Below are positions 9,638 through 19,954 of a stretch of DNA of 64,000 bases, in pieces. The notes below the pieces were generated by a model. The model did not search any database. It was not told where the DNA came from and saw nothing but the letters and a program-made list of their open reading frames with translations. The stretch is from contig CALXTP010000004.1 of assembly GCA_944391435.1 (NCBI GenBank), positions 2,303-66,302 of the forward strand. The letters run 5' to 3'. Each line of letters opens with the position of its first letter. The stretch's first letter is position 1. This DNA comes from an uncultured Alphaproteobacteria bacterium (GTDB taxonomy: Bacteria; Pseudomonadota; Alphaproteobacteria; RF32; CAG-239). The position numbers and the translations under genes are program-made.

Positions 9638-9773
9638 ATCTACCCCCAACCCGGCGCAAAATCAAAAATTGCTATTGAGTTTTAACCTTTTCCGCTCTAT
9701 ATACTAACGTAGCGTCATAAACGCCAAAGCCTGCATTTTGCGGTTTTAACGACATATAGGGAAAAATCAAAAT

Positions 9774-11639
9774 ATGAAACCGATGAAAAGTATCTTATTC
9801 TGGCTCGTTGCTTTCATTTTGCTGAGCGTCATAATGAACGGCATGGCACCCGAAGCCAAAAAGAATGCTGCCGCACCGATTGCTTTTTCGGAATTTATGA
9901 ACAAAGCCGAAAACAATCAGATTGATTCCGTAACCATTATCGGCAATGACATCTACGGCACCTATGCCAACGGCGCCGAATTTCGCACATATGCGCCGTT
10001 TGACCCAAGCATGGTAGAAACGCTGCGCAAACAAGGCGTAAAGATTGAAGCCAAACCGATAGACACCTCAGAAAGTACGTTCTGGGGCATCGTCATTTCC
10101 TGGTTCCCGATGTTATTGCTCATCGGCGTTTGGATTTTTTTCATGCGCCAGGCAAATTCCGGCAACAACAAAGCCATGAGTTTCGGCAAATCCCGTGCCC
10201 GGCTGATTGAAAACACCAAAAAGGTAACTTTTGCCGACGTTGCCGGCGCAGACGAAAGCAAACAGGAGCTGGAAGAGATTATTGATTTCTTAAAAGACCC
10301 GCAAAAATTCCAACGCCTCGGCGGCAAGATTCCGAGAGGCGTGCTGCTCGTCGGACCTCCGGGAACAGGCAAAACCCTGTTGGCAAAAGCCGTCGCCGGT
10401 GAAGCGAATGTCCCGTTCTTTTCCATTTCCGGCTCAGATTTCGTTGAAATGTTTGTCGGTGTCGGAGCATCGCGCGTCCGTGATATGTTCGCCCAGGCCA
10501 AAAAGAATGCACCTTGCCTGCTGTTTATAGACGAAATAGACGCCGTTGGCCGCCATCGCGGCGCCGGTTTGGGCGGCGGCAATGACGAACGTGAGCAAAC
10601 CCTGAACCAGCTGCTGGTGGAAATGGATGGTTTTGAAGCGCACGAAAATGTCATCGTCATCGCAGCCACCAACCGTCCTGACGTTCTGGATCCGGCATTG
10701 CTGCGCCCCGGTCGCTTTGACCGCCAGGTTACCGTAAGCAATCCGGACGTTAAAGGGCGCGAGGAAATTTTAAAAGTCCATACCCGCAAAGTCCCGTTGG
10801 CAAAAGATGTCAATTTAAGCGTCGTCGCACGCGGCACGCCGGGTTTTTCCGGTGCCGATTTGGCCAATCTTGTCAATGAAGCGGCCTTGCTGGCTGCCCG
10901 CAAAAACAAATTAAAAGTAAGCTCAGCAGATTTTGACGAAGCCAAAGACAAGGTCCTGATGGGCAACGAACGCAAATCCATGGCAATGGACGAAAAAGAA
11001 AAGTGCCTGACCGCTTATCATGAAGCAGGCCACGCCGTTTGCTCGTTATACGTCAAAGACACCGATCCGATACACAAAGCCACGATAGTCCCGCGCGGAA
11101 GAGCTTTGGGCATGGTTCAGCAACTGCCGGAAAAAGACAAGTATTCTTATTCCCGCATCCAGATGCTGTCGCGTTTAGCCATCTTAATGGGCGGCCGCGT
11201 TGCCGAGGAGCTGAAATTCGGCTATGGCAACGTAACTTCCGGCGCTTCAGCGGATATCAATGCCGCAACCAACTTGGCACGCGCCATGGTAACGGAATGG
11301 GGGATGAGCGATGTCTTAGGACCGATTCGCTACTCAGAAAACTCTAATGAAGTTTTCTTAGGCCGCGCCGTAACCCAAAATCAAAATATGAGCGAAGAAA
11401 CAGCCCGCCTGGTAGACGCCGAAATCAAACGGTTTGTAACCGAGGGCTATGAAGAAGCGAAAAAGATTTTGCATGAACATCGCGCAGATTGGGAAAAGAT
11501 TGCAGAAGCTCTGATAGAATACGAAACGTTGACCGGCGATGAAATTAAAGAAATTCTGGCCGGCAAAACGATAGACCAGAACAAAGATGCTCCCGTTTCG
11601 GAAGAAAAACGCACAAAAGCATCTATTCCGGAACTGTAA
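9774..11639 (+). CDS. ftsH: ATP-dependent zinc metalloprotease FtsH
   Basis: Two N-terminal TM helices, AAA+ Walker A GPPGTGKT, the SRH region, and the zinc motif HEAGHA. Confidence 0.95.
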   Translation: MKPMKSILFWLVAFILLSVIMNGMAPEAKKNAAAPIAFSEFMNKAENNQIDSVTIIGNDIYGTYANGAEFRTYAPFDPSMVETLRKQGVKIEAKPIDTSESTFWGIVISWFPMLLLIGVWIFFMRQANSGNNKAMSFGKSRARLIENTKKVTFADVAGADESKQELEEIIDFLKDPQKFQRLGGKIPRGVLLVGPPGTGKTLLAKAVAGEANVPFFSISGSDFVEMFVGVGASRVRDMFAQAKKNAPCLLFIDEIDAVGRHRGAGLGGGNDEREQTLNQLLVEMDGFEAHENVIVIAATNRPDVLDPALLRPGRFDRQVTVSNPDVKGREEILKVHTRKVPLAKDVNLSVVARGTPGFSGADLANLVNEAALLAARKNKLKVSSADFDEAKDKVLMGNERKSMAMDEKEKCLTAYHEAGHAVCSLYVKDTDPIHKATIVPRGRALGMVQQLPEKDKYSYSRIQMLSRLAILMGGRVAEELKFGYGNVTSGASADINAATNLARAMVTEWGMSDVLGPIRYSENSNEVFLGRAVTQNQNMSEETARLVDAEIKRFVTEGYEEAKKILHEHRADWEKIAEALIEYETLTGDEIKEILAGKTIDQNKDAPVSEEKRTKASIPEL

Positions 11640-11654
11640 TGTACTTTCCCTCCG

Positions 11655-11685
11655 GAGGTCTGCCGCAAGGCAGGCCTCTTTTTTT
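11655..11685 (+). terminator. Rho-independent terminator after ftsH
   Basis: Hairpin gaggtctgcc-gcaa-ggcaggcctc followed by T7. Confidence 0.55.
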
Positions 11686-11836
11686 AGGCGCAAATAGCTT
11701 ATTTTTTGTATGCAGAAGACCTCCGGCTTTTTATGTCTGCTGCATTGCAGCTTAAAATATCTGCTCCAAACAACGCTTCAATTACAAAAAAAGGAGCCCT
11801 GTTGGACTCCTTAATTTTTTTACGCATTAATACGCA

Positions 11837-12403
11837 TTAAAACGATAGTACATCGCAATAATGCGGCTCCCATGCATTCATTCGCAACTTGCCGCGTTCA
11901 TCAAAAAACATGCTCCTCCGTCCGGCCGACAAGTTAACCTTTGCCAAACACTGAATTCGTAAAGGTTCGCCCAGATTGGAACATAACATCCATCCGCCGT
12001 CGGCATAACGCACCAGATGAAAATTTTTATTAACGGCAATAAAACCGCGAAGGTTTTCGTGGATAATCATCCCTTCTGCATTAGCCACCGACAAACAATT
12101 GCCTTTGACAACTTTATTGCTCTGGTCAATATCCAAAACCTCTTCAGAAAAGATTCTAAACCCGTCCAACATAATACTGCGTTGATCCTTATAGGAAATA
12201 AGCGCCCAATCCGGCGTATAAACATATTCCCCGTCCACGGTTTCAATCTTGTTGTAATGGCTGCCGACAGATACGCGCACAACCCCGGTCATCAAAGGAT
12301 ATTTTCCGCCCTTGGCGAACAAAGAACCGTTAGATAAACACATACCGTTGAAATTAGAACTTTTGCCAGCTGCCGCATAGGTAGCTAAAATTGAATTTTT
12401 CAT
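11837..12403 (-). CDS. Hypothetical repeat protein sharing a GGW(M/F)L motif with the 19955..20968 gene
   Basis: 188-aa ORF. Contains GGWMLCSNLGEP, which resembles GGWFLLSDNKWRPVVNEP in the other gene. Confidence 0.4.
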   Translation of the reverse strand: MKNSILATYAAAGKSSNFNGMCLSNGSLFAKGGKYPLMTGVVRVSVGSHYNKIETVDGEYVYTPDWALISYKDQRSIMLDGFRIFSEEVLDIDQSNKVVKGNCLSVANAEGMIIHENLRGFIAVNKNFHLVRYADGGWMLCSNLGEPLRIQCLAKVNLSAGRRSMFFDERGKLRMNAWEPHYCDVLSF

Positions 12404-12612
12404 ATCAAAAAAATTTTTTTATGTTATTTAATAATAGTCACATCCGTACAAAACTGATTCAACATACCACATTTTTTCCGATTGCGCAAGCTTTTTTGTC
12501 AATTTTTCAAAAAAATATTTTCTTGATTGTTTTCTCTCTCCGTTTTCTGTATTGCAGACACAAAAAAAAGGCGCCGGAGCACGCCCTAACGCCGTTTTTT
12601 CATAACAAAATA

Positions 12613-13284
12613 TCAGCTGTTCTTTTTTGCCAGCCGATATTGGGCAAGTATCACCATACAAATATACGGCAAAAACATCTCGCTTGATTCCTCCAACAGC
12701 TGGAATACGGCATACACATCATCAGGCAGCGATATCCCGTTATGAGCTTTGCGCCAATTTGACGGAAACCGGTCAATAACCTTGGCACACACGCCAACCG
12801 TGCATAACACAGCCACCGACCATGTAACCGGATTAAGCTCAAAAAAAGACTTTATCAGATGTTTTGAATATTTAACGGCCAAATACCCGACAGCGCCGGC
12901 CACAATCAAAAGAACCGCACCAAAAATAATCTTCTCGCTTAGCGGATTATTGGGATTAAGAAAAAAACGGGATTTAAACGGCGTCGTATCTGTCCGCGAC
13001 AAATGGTGTTGGATGCCTTCCTCCCGCAACAGCGCACAAAGAGCCAAAAACAAAAAAATTCCCCACGTCCGCATCTTGTCTTTATAATCATCAGCAATAA
13101 CCAACAACATACCGACAAGCAAAACATATCCTAAATGCGTAAAAACTTCAACAATTCCGCCTTCTTCGGTAAGAGGCAAAATACGGTCGGGATAAAACTG
13201 CAACAATCCCATACCGATAAAAGAAAGCCATAAAACCAAAAACGCAACCGGCGTAAAAAAAGGAGATAAAAATATTTTTTTCAT
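12613..13284 (-). CDS. Hypothetical polytopic membrane protein
   Basis: 223-aa ORF with about 6 hydrophobic helices. A hairpin plus T8 terminator follows on the minus strand at about 12560-12610. Confidence 0.45.
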   Translation of the reverse strand: MKKIFLSPFFTPVAFLVLWLSFIGMGLLQFYPDRILPLTEEGGIVEVFTHLGYVLLVGMLLVIADDYKDKMRTWGIFLFLALCALLREEGIQHHLSRTDTTPFKSRFFLNPNNPLSEKIIFGAVLLIVAGAVGYLAVKYSKHLIKSFFELNPVTWSVAVLCTVGVCAKVIDRFPSNWRKAHNGISLPDDVYAVFQLLEESSEMFLPYICMVILAQYRLAKKNS

Positions 13285-13389
13285 AAAAAAGTCCCAAATT
13301 AGTCAAACTCTGCTAAGAATACATTATTTTGCCGCAAAAACAATAAAAACACACTTTCTCCCACAGAAAAAGAATAAAAAAGGGAATGT

Positions 13390-13986
13390 TTATCCCCAAT
13401 CTGCCGTCGTATCGCTTTCTAAAATAGCAACAATCCTCTTCAGCGGCGCTTGTTCAACAAATTCTCCCCGGCGCACCCAAACGGCACTGCGCACGCCGTC
13501 AGCCTCATAAAACGGAGAAATTCGTATATACTCGCGTTTCAAAACATCAACGCTGTCCGTAATATCAATTTTTTCACCGTCAAGCTTTTCCGGCTCTCCG
13601 CCATAAACGCAATCCACCACAATGTGCGGTTTCAATTTTTCCTTCCCGCTCATAAACAACTTATAAATTTGCGCCCCTCCGGCGATATACAAATCACGTT
13701 CTTCTTTATCCAGCAACGCTGCAATATCGCGTTGCGTATGGATTATGCTGTGCCTTGCCACATCAGACAGTTCATAATTTTCATCAGCCGTCAAAACCCA
13801 AATAAAACAGCCGTCAATCGTCCTGCCGGGAAAACTTTCATATGTTTTGCGCCCGCACACAACGGTCTGCCCGGCAACCACCTGCAAAAAATGCCGGCTG
13901 TCGCTGGCAACGCTCCACGGTATCCTTTTGCCGATACCTATAAGATTGTCGTTTTCATGCCGGCACCACATTGCCACAATCGTCAT
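13390..13986 (-). CDS. folA: Dihydrofolate reductase
   Basis: IVAM...NLIGIGKRIPW...VVCGRKTYES and LYIAGGAQIY match the DHFR signature. It overlaps rnhB by 4 nt. Confidence 0.7.
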   Translation of the reverse strand: MTIVAMWCRHENDNLIGIGKRIPWSVASDSRHFLQVVAGQTVVCGRKTYESFPGRTIDGCFIWVLTADENYELSDVARHSIIHTQRDIAALLDKEERDLYIAGGAQIYKLFMSGKEKLKPHIVVDCVYGGEPEKLDGEKIDITDSVDVLKREYIRISPFYEADGVRSAVWVRRGEFVEQAPLKRIVAILESDTTADWG

Positions 13987-14609
13987 TTCAAAAACTCCTT
14001 TATCGGCGCATAAGATTTTCTATGCTCCGGCGTTATACCCAGTTTTTTCAACCCTTCTATATGTGCTTTAGTGCCATATCCGGCATTTTTTTCAAATCCA
14101 TACCCCGGATATCGGACGGCCATTTCTTCCATCAGCCGGTCGCGATACACTTTCGCCAAAATGGACGCTGCCGCCACCGAATAGGATTTTGCATCGCCTT
14201 TAACCACCGCCTTGGTTTTATAACCGAAATTTTTCGGCTCTCTGTTGCCGTCTATCAACACCAGCCCCGGCTCTATCCGTGCATTTTCTACTGCTCTTTT
14301 CATCGCCAAAAAAGAAGCATTCAAAATATTGATATCATCAATTTCCCGTGCCGATGCCAACCCAATTCCCAAACGCATGGTTCCGCGCAAAGCTTCCTGC
14401 TGCAGCAAATCATACAACATCTCCCTTTTCTTTTTGGAAAGTTTTTTGGAATCATTCAAATTATCAAGCAGCTGCGCATTAACATCTCGGCTGATAAATG
14501 TAGCACATCCGGCCACAACCGGTCCGGCCCACGGTCCTCTCCCCGCTTCATCAACACCGGCAACAACCACCTCGCGGCCGGCTTCATCTTCCAATAAAAA
14601 ATCAGGCAT
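13983..14609 (-). CDS. rnhB: Ribonuclease HII
   Basis: VAGVDEAGRGPWAGPVVAG...DDSKKLS, the RNase HII catalytic motifs. Confidence 0.9.
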   Translation of the reverse strand: MPDFLLEDEAGREVVVAGVDEAGRGPWAGPVVAGCATFISRDVNAQLLDNLNDSKKLSKKKREMLYDLLQQEALRGTMRLGIGLASAREIDDINILNASFLAMKRAVENARIEPGLVLIDGNREPKNFGYKTKAVVKGDAKSYSVAAASILAKVYRDRLMEEMAVRYPGYGFEKNAGYGTKAHIEGLKKLGITPEHRKSYAPIKEFLK

Positions 14610-14673
14610 ATCCTTTCTCCGTTGCTTTGAAAAAAGATATTACCGGATTCTAAAAAAAAACGCAACATCAATC

Positions 14674-14985
14674 TTAATGCTTCAAAATTTTCAACCCTTC
14701 ATATTCGGCTTCAATAATTCCGCCGACAATAACCGCCACATTTGGATAGCCGGCCTTTTCAAACCGTTCGGCCACTTCTGACGCCACACCGCCGGACATA
14801 CACAAAATATTAACGGCTTTTTTCCCGTCCGGATTATATTCCGCCATAAATTTATCCGGGTCAACATCATCCGCACGGATAAGGACATGCGGCAAAGCCA
14901 ATTGCTCCTGTTCATGTGCCTGCCAATCGCGCACATCTAAAATCAAAGATTTTTCATTCAAACTTTCCGGCCTGATAAAATACAT
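14674..14985 (-). CDS. Single-domain rhodanese-like sulfurtransferase
   Basis: LILDVRDWQAHEQ...NILCMSGGVASE, with the active-site Cys in a CxxG loop. Confidence 0.7.
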   Translation of the reverse strand: MYFIRPESLNEKSLILDVRDWQAHEQEQLALPHVLIRADDVDPDKFMAEYNPDGKKAVNILCMSGGVASEVAERFEKAGYPNVAVIVGGIIEAEYEGLKILKH

Positions 14986-15124
14986 TTTTAATCTCCTTCA
15001 CCGGAAAAAATAATTCCCCGTTTTGACGATTAAAGCTGGACTTTGGTATATTTAAACAGCTTCGCCGGATACGCCGCCTGCCTAAAAGAAAGCCCCATTT
15101 TGCAAAACTGTCCTCCCCTTATAT

Positions 15125-15160
15125 TTGCACAACAAAAAACGGCCGCCGAAGCAGCCGTTC
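15125..15160 (-). terminator. Rho-independent terminator downstream of the 15184 gene
   Basis: Minus-strand hairpin aacggctgcttcggcggccgtt followed by T7. Confidence 0.5.
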
Positions 15161-15183
15161 ACAGCACACTCTGTTGCCAGATA

Positions 15184-15969
15184 TTAAAGAGTCAATATAC
15201 GGTAATCTATGCCGTTGCCGTCAGCTCTTATAACATCAATCTGCAACGAACCTATGGCCACCGTCTTGTCATACATCGGAAATCTTAACGTTTTATTTTC
15301 TTCCGTCAGAGAACCTCCTTCTGCTGAAACAGTCTTATATTTAAAAACCATCTGGTTATTTTCAATGCCGGCATATCTCAATTCATAACTGGAAACCAGA
15401 TTATCATCGTCCTCATCAGATGCCTGCGCTGTCTCATGCTGGAACGTAACGCCTTCCGGCTCCAGCTGAAATTCGGTCCGCAGCAAAGCCAGCCTATCAT
15501 TAAATATGCGCCCGACCCGCGGATAAATATTGCCGTAATCATCCAGCAAAATAATGTCTTTCAGACGATTCGGCTCCACCAGCCGGTAAATCCGCCCGTC
15601 AATATCCGCTTCACCGATAATCCGATACAACTTTTCATCTGAAAATTCCACCGGAACGGTATAAGAAACCAGCGCGCCTTTTTTGGTCGGACGGACAAAT
15701 TCGTCATTGCGCACTTGCCGCACCACCGTTTTGGCAGAAACAACCTCCCCTCCCGGACCGGCATGCAGCTCATCGCCAATGGAAAAATCGCTGACAACTT
15801 CGGTTTCGCCGATTGTGTCCGCAACAACCCCATTATCATAATAGCGGATATTATAGGTATAGAAAAAATCGTTAAACGTATTACGCTTCCCCAAAATATA
15901 GTCGCCTTTCATATAATACGAACAGGAAGCAAGCGCCAACGCAGCCAAACCGATAAATATTTTTTTCAT
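15184..15969 (-). CDS. Hypothetical lipoprotein
   Basis: Lipobox signal peptide MKKIFIGLAALALASC. The start is taken at the internal Met at 15969. Confidence 0.5.
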   Translation of the reverse strand: MKKIFIGLAALALASCSYYMKGDYILGKRNTFNDFFYTYNIRYYDNGVVADTIGETEVVSDFSIGDELHAGPGGEVVSAKTVVRQVRNDEFVRPTKKGALVSYTVPVEFSDEKLYRIIGEADIDGRIYRLVEPNRLKDIILLDDYGNIYPRVGRIFNDRLALLRTEFQLEPEGVTFQHETAQASDEDDDNLVSSYELRYAGIENNQMVFKYKTVSAEGGSLTEENKTLRFPMYDKTVAIGSLQIDVIRADGNGIDYRILTL

Positions 15970-16058
15970 AACATAATCTCTTTTTAACGTTTCCACCATT
16001 ATATTTATGCAACCAGAAAAGAAAGATGTAAACAAAAAAATATTTATGAGGCAAATCT

Positions 16059-16934
16059 ATGCATAACTTTGGCAAAAGCTGTAAATTGATAAAATTCGCG
16101 CCGGTAGAGGCTTTGGCTACGCCGGAAGCCGAATTTTTGGAAGAAATGTTTGACGTTGTCGCCATCAACTATACCGATGACGGCAAAGAGGAATATGTCG
16201 GCTACGCGCCGCTTGACTTTAACGCCGCTGCATTCGCCGCCGCAGCCGGCCAGAGGCAGCTGCACCTGCCGGATTTTTCCGAAGAGCTTTTGGAAAGCAA
16301 AAACTGGCTTAAAGAAAACGTCATTCGTTTCGCCCCTTTTGAAATCGGCGATTTTATGATATATGGCATTCACGAAGCCTCTTGTCCGCCAACCGCAAAG
16401 ATTCCGGTACAAGTCTATGCGGCCACGGCCTTTGGTTCCGAGCATCAGACCACCCGGATGTGCCTGTCTGCCATCAGCGAACTGCACCAGAAGATAAAAA
16501 CGCCGCGCAAGATTCTGGATATGGGCACCGGCTCCGGCATACTGTCCATCGCCGCAGCCAAAATCTGGCACCTCGCGCCGCAAATCATTGCCGCCGACAT
16601 TGACACAGAAGCCGTAGACGTTACCCAAAGCAATGCTTTAACCAACAACACGGAAACATCAATAACCGCCATACTAAGTGACGGCTATCAAAATCCCGTG
16701 ATAACCCAAACGGCTCCCTATGATTTGATATTTGCCAACATTCTGGCCAATCCGCTCAAAGCCATGTCCGCATCGGCATACCAAAATCTGACACCGGGCG
16801 GCTGTTACTTAATTTCCGGATTTATTGACAACCAGGAACAGGATATTATAGAACAACATCAGCAAATCGGGTTCAGCCTGCTAAAAACTTATCAAATGGA
16901 AAACTGGCGTGCGGCTCTGTTGCAAAAGAAATAA
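16059..16934 (+). CDS. prmA: Ribosomal protein L11 methyltransferase
   Basis: SAM-binding motif ILDMGTGSGILSIAAAK...AADID. The length and layout match PrmA. Confidence 0.75.
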   Translation: MHNFGKSCKLIKFAPVEALATPEAEFLEEMFDVVAINYTDDGKEEYVGYAPLDFNAAAFAAAAGQRQLHLPDFSEELLESKNWLKENVIRFAPFEIGDFMIYGIHEASCPPTAKIPVQVYAATAFGSEHQTTRMCLSAISELHQKIKTPRKILDMGTGSGILSIAAAKIWHLAPQIIAADIDTEAVDVTQSNALTNNTETSITAILSDGYQNPVITQTAPYDLIFANILANPLKAMSASAYQNLTPGGCYLISGFIDNQEQDIIEQHQQIGFSLLKTYQMENWRAALLQKK

Positions 16935-16981
16935 TTTTGCCGGCAGCAGCCCTTCGCCCAATCTGACAATCGGAGGCGCGT

Positions 16982-18658
16982 ATGGATATCAAAACCGTTC
17001 AAAAGGAACTAAAAGCCGCAAAACTTTCCGGCCGGCTTTTTATGTTTGGCAACATGTTCATTGATGAAGACATTCTCCCGGAAGAAAATCAGATTCGCAA
17101 ACTGACCGGCTTTACCGGGTCATACGCGCTGTTATTCATAACGCCGGCCAAAGCCTTTCTGTTTGTAGACGGACGCTATGAATTGCAAGCCAAAAAAGAA
17201 GTCAACCTGCGCCGCACGGAAATTGTCAAGCTTTCCGAAACAAGCCTGCCTCGTTGGCTGCAGAACAATTTTGCCAAAACCGCCGCCCGCATTAGCTATA
17301 ACCCGTGGACAATCACCCCTAAAACCCTATCCTCGTTACAACACGCATTGCCGCGGGCAGAATTTATCCCCGCAGAAGATGCCGACCGCCGGCTCAGCCC
17401 AAAAAAAGTAAAGGTTTTCACGCATCAGAAAAAATTTACCGGCAAGACATCCAAAGAAAAACTGGCCGAATTTGCCGCCCACCTCAAAAAAAGCGGATTA
17501 GACGCCTTTCTGGTAACTTCGGCAGCCAATGCCTCCTGGCTGCTTAACTTACGCTCGGACGCCCTGCCATATACCCCTGTCTTCCGCGCTTTCGTATTGG
17601 TAGAAAAAAACGCCTCATATAAAATCTTCGCCGAAAATACAGATAAGGAAGGTGCTCTCCCCTTCCAAAAATTAGCCGAAATCCTTCCCCTCTATGCCAA
17701 AATCGGCGCCGACTTCAGCACCATGCCTGCAATAATTTCTTCTTTTGCCCCCGGCATTGTCAATTATCCGGACATAATAACGGATTGGAAAGCCGTCAAA
17801 AACCCCGTGGAACTGAAAGGCGTGCGCAGCGCCCATTTGCGCGACGGTGTTGCCATCACCAAATTTTTGTTCTGGCTGTCCAAAAACCACAAAGGCAAAA
17901 CCGAAACGGACATCACTGCAAAATTATTGGATTTTCGCAAAAAAGAATTGAATTTCTATTCAGAAAGCTTTGCGCCGATTGCCGGCTCCGGCGCCAATGC
18001 CGCAATTGTCCACTACAATCCGGCCAACCAAACGCCTTCCCTGCTGAAAAAAAACTCTGTGCTGCTGCTGGATACCGGCGCACAGTATTATGACGGCACG
18101 ACGGATATTACCCGCACCATCGCGCTCGGCACGCCGTCTGCCGATATGATAGAAAAAAACACCTTGGTTTTAAAAGCACACATTGCGCTGGCATCTGCCG
18201 TTTTCCCCAAACAGACCGGCGGCAACGAGCTGGATTTAATCGCCCGCCAGCCATTATTAAAGCAAGGACTTGATTTTGCCCATGGCACCGGGCACGGGGT
18301 CGGTTTTTTTTCCGATGTCCACGAAGGGCCGGCACGCATATCCGTCCACGCCAAAGGCAGTGCCCCATTGCAAACAGGCATGATAACATCAGTTGAACCC
18401 GGCTATTACAAAGAAAACGCTTTCGGCATCCGCATAGAAAATCTTTATGCCGTCAAGCCGCAAAAGGGAACGCCTTTTTTACATTTTGAAGTTTTGACGC
18501 TGGTCCCCCTTGATAAAAAGCTCATCAATAAATATCTTTTAACCACAGAAGAATTAAATTGGTTAAACCGCTACCACCGCCAGGTATTCCTGAGCCTGAA
18601 AAAATATCTGACACGCCAGGAATTGGAATGGCTGCGCGATGCATGCTCGCCGCTCTGA
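16982..18658 (+). CDS. Xaa-Pro aminopeptidase (M24B, aminopeptidase P family)
   Basis: Pita-bread fold metal-binding motifs HGTGHGVGFF...EPGYY...IRIEN. Confidence 0.8.
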   Translation: MDIKTVQKELKAAKLSGRLFMFGNMFIDEDILPEENQIRKLTGFTGSYALLFITPAKAFLFVDGRYELQAKKEVNLRRTEIVKLSETSLPRWLQNNFAKTAARISYNPWTITPKTLSSLQHALPRAEFIPAEDADRRLSPKKVKVFTHQKKFTGKTSKEKLAEFAAHLKKSGLDAFLVTSAANASWLLNLRSDALPYTPVFRAFVLVEKNASYKIFAENTDKEGALPFQKLAEILPLYAKIGADFSTMPAIISSFAPGIVNYPDIITDWKAVKNPVELKGVRSAHLRDGVAITKFLFWLSKNHKGKTETDITAKLLDFRKKELNFYSESFAPIAGSGANAAIVHYNPANQTPSLLKKNSVLLLDTGAQYYDGTTDITRTIALGTPSADMIEKNTLVLKAHIALASAVFPKQTGGNELDLIARQPLLKQGLDFAHGTGHGVGFFSDVHEGPARISVHAKGSAPLQTGMITSVEPGYYKENAFGIRIENLYAVKPQKGTPFLHFEVLTLVPLDKKLINKYLLTTEELNWLNRYHRQVFLSLKKYLTRQELEWLRDACSPL

Positions 18659-18697
18659 GAATTGGCAACAAAGCAGTTTATCTGCAAACAACGGGAG

Positions 18698-19168
18698 ATG
18701 AATATGGCTGTGCCGACAACATATTTTCATACAATCTGCCTGGTTGCAGCCGCGTTCTTCTTTTCGTTTCCGCAGCAGGCTGACGCCGGCGCGGCAACAC
18801 CCTCGCTGCAATCATTGTACATCAATCCCGAAAATCAACGCCTGCCCGAAGCCTTGATTTTTTACAATTCATCCGCCCCATGCGAAAATTGCTCCCGGGC
18901 TGCCGATATGGTTATCAGCACCCTGCGCCGCAACTATGCCGGCAGGCTGCGCATTTACCTGATAGATGCCGCCCGCCATCCGGAATTTATTGCAGCCTTT
19001 TCGTTATCCGGGCCGCTTACGCTGGTTTTAGTCCGTATTTCGGACGGTGCCGCTTTCGGCTACACTTCTCTTACCGGCCTGCAAAGCCAAACCGGAGATG
19101 CTGCATCTTTCTCCAACGTTATTACCGAAAAAATCAATAATTTTTTAAATCTTTCTCCCGAAAATTAG
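18698..19168 (+). CDS. Hypothetical secreted protein, possibly thioredoxin-like
   Basis: Signal-peptide-like N-terminus, C-x-x-C (CENC), and a GGGAG RBS. A weak call. Confidence 0.35.
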   Translation: MNMAVPTTYFHTICLVAAAFFFSFPQQADAGAATPSLQSLYINPENQRLPEALIFYNSSAPCENCSRAADMVISTLRRNYAGRLRIYLIDAARHPEFIAAFSLSGPLTLVLVRISDGAAFGYTSLTGLQSQTGDAASFSNVITEKINNFLNLSPEN

Positions 19169-19259
19169 GAATTTGCTAAGTATCTCTGCCCTAAAATGCA
19201 AATAAATATTTACACCACGCTGCTTTTTTGCTATATTAAAAAAAAGCAAGGAGAACAGA

Positions 19260-19892
19260 ATGAACAAAATCTTAAGCTGGTTAAAACCTCAGGCTCCGCA
19301 AGAGCCCGTATCCGGCCAAACGCAGAAATTCATAGACATTAAGCGCAGTTCCACCATCATAAACTTTATACATCCGGGACATCCGCTTTATGACAATGTT
19401 GTCGCCAAAGAAGAAAACAAACTGAGGATTCTCGCCCCTAATGAAACGGCCTACAGCGAAAACAGCCTCTTGCACAAATTCGTAGCCATTGCAATTTACA
19501 AAGGCTCAAGCTACCTGATTGTCAATTCATTAAAACATTATAAAGAGCAAAGCATCGGCGGGCTTTTGCAATTTGATGAAAACATCTATAACATCATTCC
19601 TTTCTTTGAAAACGAAACGGAATATCAGACTGCCGGCGAATATACGTTCCGTGAAACATACGAATACGACCATCCGGTGGAAAGCTATGCCTTTTTGGCC
19701 GACTACCAGGGAAAAAGCATTAAAATGTCTCTGGAGCGCGGCAAACAGCCCCTGACGCTCAAAATGATAGATCAAAACCGGAAATTATTTACATCAAAGC
19801 TTTCCGCCCGGCAGATTGAAATAATAGATTATATTATCATGCCGGCCATTAACGCCTACGCCGGTCTGGTGCAAAAGCATAAAATATCATAA
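19260..19892 (+). CDS. Hypothetical protein
   Basis: 210-aa ORF with an AAGGAG RBS. A terminator follows. Confidence 0.45.
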   Translation: MNKILSWLKPQAPQEPVSGQTQKFIDIKRSSTIINFIHPGHPLYDNVVAKEENKLRILAPNETAYSENSLLHKFVAIAIYKGSSYLIVNSLKHYKEQSIGGLLQFDENIYNIIPFFENETEYQTAGEYTFRETYEYDHPVESYAFLADYQGKSIKMSLERGKQPLTLKMIDQNRKLFTSKLSARQIEIIDYIIMPAINAYAGLVQKHKIS

Positions 19893-19915
19893 GTTTTTTT
19901 CTGTATACAAAAAAA

Positions 19916-19944
19916 GCAGCTGTCGCCGAGACAGCTGCTTTCCG
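19916..19944. terminator. Bidirectional Rho-independent terminator between convergent genes
   Basis: Perfect hairpin gcagctgtc-gccga-gacagctgc, flanked by A7 upstream and a T-rich run downstream. Confidence 0.6.
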
Positions 19945-19954
19945 TTTGTAAAAC

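Noticed and set aside
9962-10981. 339-aa antisense ORF inside ftsH
   Set aside because: It is Ser/Pro/Ala/Arg-rich low complexity, as expected for the reverse strand of a GC-moderate gene. ftsH is unambiguous on the plus strand.
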